From: the human T2T-CHM13v2.0 reference genome, Homo sapiens
Assembly: GCF_009914755.1 (NCBI RefSeq)
Contig: NC_060926.1
DNA: 64,000 bases
Direction: 5' to 3' (one strand)
Shown here: in pieces, positions 61,109 through 64,000 of the stretch
How positions within the stretch are numbered: position 1 is the stretch's first letter
Layout: the number at the start of each line of letters is the position of its first letter
Program-made: the position numbers and the translations under genes
Notes under the pieces: generated by a model
The model's database searches: none
The model's input: the letters and a program-made list of their open reading frames with translations, nothing else
What the model was told of the DNA's origin: nothing

Positions 61109-63219
61109 CAGGCATAACTCATTTTATTGTACTCTGATTTATTGTGCCTCACAGATAATGCTTTTTCAAAAAAAAGAAAAAACAAGTTGAAGGTTTGTGG
61201 CAACCCTGTGTCACGCAAGTCTATTGGTGCCATTTTCCCAATAGCACATGCTCAGTTTGTGTCTCTGTCACATTTTGGTAACTCTCACACCATTTCAAAC
61301 TTTTTCATGATTATCATATCTGTTACAGTGATCTGTAATCAGTGATTTTTGATGTTACTATTTTAATTGTTTTGGGGTACCAAAAATCGCAAACTGAATT
61401 GATAAATTTTGTATGTGTTCTGATTGCTCCACCAATTGGTTGTTCCACTATCTTACTCCCTCCCTTTGGGCCTCCCTTTACCCTGAGACACAACAATTTT
61501 GAAATTAGGCCAATTAATAACCCTACAATGTCCTCCAGGTGTTCAAGTAAAAGCAAGAGTTGTAAGTCTCTCATTTTAAATCAAAAGCTAAAAATGATTA
61601 AGCTCAATGAAGAAGGCATTTCAAAAGCCAAGATAGGCCAAAAGCTACGGCTCTAGTAGTAAACAGACAAGTTGTAAATGTAAAGGATAAGTTCTTTAAG
61701 GATATTAAAAGTCCTACTCAAGTGAACACACAAATGATAAGAAAGTGAAACAGTCTTCTTGCTGATATGGAGAAAGTCTGAGTGGTCTGGATAGAAGATC
61801 AAACTAGCCACAACATTCCTTTAAGCCAAAACCTAATCCAGAGCAAAGTCCTAATGCTCTTCAATTCTATGAAGGCTGAGAGAGGAGAGGAAGCTTCAGA
61901 AGAAAAGTTGAAAGCTAGCAGATGTTGGTTCATGAGGTTTAAGGAATGCAGCCATTTCCCTAACATAAAAGTACAAAGTCAAGCAACAAGTGCTAATGTA
62001 GAAGCTTCAGAAAATTTTCAAGAAGATTTAGCTGAGATAATTGATGAAGGTGGCTACACTAAACAATAGATTTTCAGTGTAGGCAAAACAGCCTTCTGTT
62101 GGAAGAAGAGGACCTTTAGGACTTCCACAGCTAGAGAAGAGAAGTCAATGGCTGGCTTCAAAGCTTCAAAGGACAGGCTGACTCTTTTGTTAGGGACTAA
62201 TACAGCTGGAGCGAATGCTCATTTACCATTTTAAAAATCTTAGGGCCCTTAAGAATTATGCTAAATCTACTCTGCCTGTACTGTATGAATGGAGCAACAA
62301 GGCCTGGATGACAGCTCATCTGTTTACAGCATGGTTTACTAAATATTTTAAGCCTGCTATAGAGACCTACTGCTCAGAAAAAAAAAAAAAAAAAAAAAAA
62401 AGAAAGCATTACTGCTCATTGACAATATACCTAGTCACCCAAGAGCTCTGATGAAGAAATACAGGAAATTAAAGTTGATTTTTATGCCTAACACAGCATC
62501 CATTTTGCAGCCCATGAATCAAAGATGAATTTGAATTCCAAGTCTTATTATTTAAGAAATATTAATACATTTCATAAGGCTATACCTGCCATTGATATTG
62601 ATTCTTCTCATGGATCTGGACAGAGTAAGTTGGAAACCTTCTGGAAAAAATTCACAGTTCTAGTTGCCATTAAGAATATTTGTGATTCATGAGATGAAGT
62701 CAAAGTATCAACATTAATGAAAGTTTTTGGAAGAAGTTAATTCCAATCCTCACATATGACTTTGAGGGATTCAAAACTCCAGTGGAGTTTTGAAAACTTG
62801 AAAAGGTGAGGAGTTGCTTCTTATGGATGAGAATATAAAGTAGTTTCTTGAGATGGAAACTACTCCTGGTGATGATGTTGTGAACATTGTTGAAGCGAAA
62901 AGAGGATTTAGAATATTATGTAAACTTAGTTGGTAAAGCAGTGGCAGGATTTGGGAGGACTGACTGTAATTTTGAAAGAAGTTCTACTGTGGGTAAAATG
63001 CTATCAAACAGCGTCATGTGCTACAGAGAAATCTTACATAAGAGGAAGAGTCAATCAATGTGGCAAACTTCATTGTTGTCTTATTTTAAGAAATTGCCAC
63101 AGCCACTCCAAACTTCAGCAAGCACCACTCTGCCCAGTAGCCATCAGCATCCAAGAAAGACCCTCCACTAATAAGCTTATGACTTGCTAATAGCATTTTT
63201 TTCAGCAACAAAGTATTTT
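61109..63219 (+). mobile_element. Tigger1 (pogo-type DNA transposon), near full length, 3' end cut by an L1PA
   Basis: 5' TIR CAGGCATAACTCATTTTATTG; TTGAAGGTTTGTGGCAACCCTG; transposase remnants in several frames; subterminal TAGCATTTTTTTCAGCAACAAAGTATTTT. Confidence 0.96.
61528..62900 (+). pseudogene. Disrupted Tigger1 transposase (CENP-B-type HTH plus DDE domain)
   Basis: MSSRCSSKSKSCKSLILNQKLKMIKLNEEGISKAKIGQKL; [21 protein letters not shown]; [28 protein letters not shown]; broken by stops, frameshifts, an A24 expansion and deletions. End approximate. Confidence 0.9.
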
Positions 63220-64000
63220 CTTTCTTCATTTTTTTATTATGCTTTATGTTCTGGAATACATGTGTAGAATGTGCAGGTTTGTTACATAGGTATACACATG
63301 CCATGGTGGTTTGCTGCACCCATCAACCCATCATCTACATTAGGTATGTCTCCTAATGCAATCCCTCCCCTAGCCTCCCACCTTCTGACAGGCCCCAGTG
63401 TGTGATGTTCCCCTCCCTGTGTCCATGTGTTCTCATTGTTCAACTCCCACTTATGAGTGAGAACATGCGGTGTTTGGTTTTCTGTCCCTGTGTTAGTTTG
63501 CTGAGAATGATGGTTTCCAGCTTCATCCATGTCCCTGCAAAGGATGTTAACTAATCCTTTTGTATGGCTGCATAGTATTCCATGGTGTATACGTGCCACA
63601 TTCTCTTTATCCAGTCTGTCATTGATGGGCATTTGGGTTGGTTCCAAGTCTTTGCTATTGTGAATAGTGCTGCAATAAACATATGGTTGCATGTGTCTTT
63701 ATAGTAGAATAATTTATAATCCTTTGGGTACATATCCAGTAATGGGAGTGCTGGGTCAAATGGTATTTTCAGTTCTAGATCCTTGAGGAATAGCCACACT
63801 ATCTTCCACAATGGCTGAACTAATTTACACTCCCACTAAGAGTATAAAAGCGTTCCTATTTCTCCACATCCTCTCCAGCATCTGTTGTTTCCTGACTTTT
63901 TAATGATCACCATTCTAACTGGCATGAGTTGGTATCTCATTGTGGTTTTGATTTGCATTTCTCTAATGACCAGTGATGATGAGCTTTTGTTCATATGTTT
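63220..64000 (-). mobile_element. L1PA (PA7-like) 3' end, continues beyond the window
   Basis: GTGCAGGTTTGTTACATAGGTATACACATGCCATGGTGGTTTGCTGCACCCATCAACCC; ORF2 remnant MFIAALFTIAKTWNQPKCPSM. Confidence 0.95.

Overview
AT-rich, CpG-depleted primate (very probably human) genomic DNA. I found no recognisable protein-coding gene, tRNA/rRNA gene, CRISPR array or other prokaryotic system. Much of the window is interspersed repeat: Alu monomers (FAM, FRAM) and dimers (J/S/Y), L1PA/L1PB/L1M 3' fragments, L2, MIR, a tRNA-derived MamSINE1, ERVL/MaLR solo LTRs, hAT MITEs (MER53, MER20, MER5) and a near full-length decayed Tigger1 interrupted by an L1PA. Almost all L1 fragments lie on the minus strand, which suggests an intron of a plus-strand transcription unit; I cannot name the gene. 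The long ORFs in the track come from repeats, microsatellites or chance. The most interesting signals are in the repeat-poor stretches: candidate plus-strand exons (9194-9320, 11698-11791 behind a (TG)24 tract, and a frame-preserving 66-nt 14225-14290), transcription-factor site clusters (T-box 29037-29108, FOX:ETS/AP-1/GATA 26427-26463, tandem CACGTG 55330-55345) and two palindromic repeat structures (18881-18990, 31338-31430). I see no convincing evidence of a new biological system; these are hypotheses. Repeat families were assigned by eye from remembered consensus sequences, and boundaries of old repeats are approximate.
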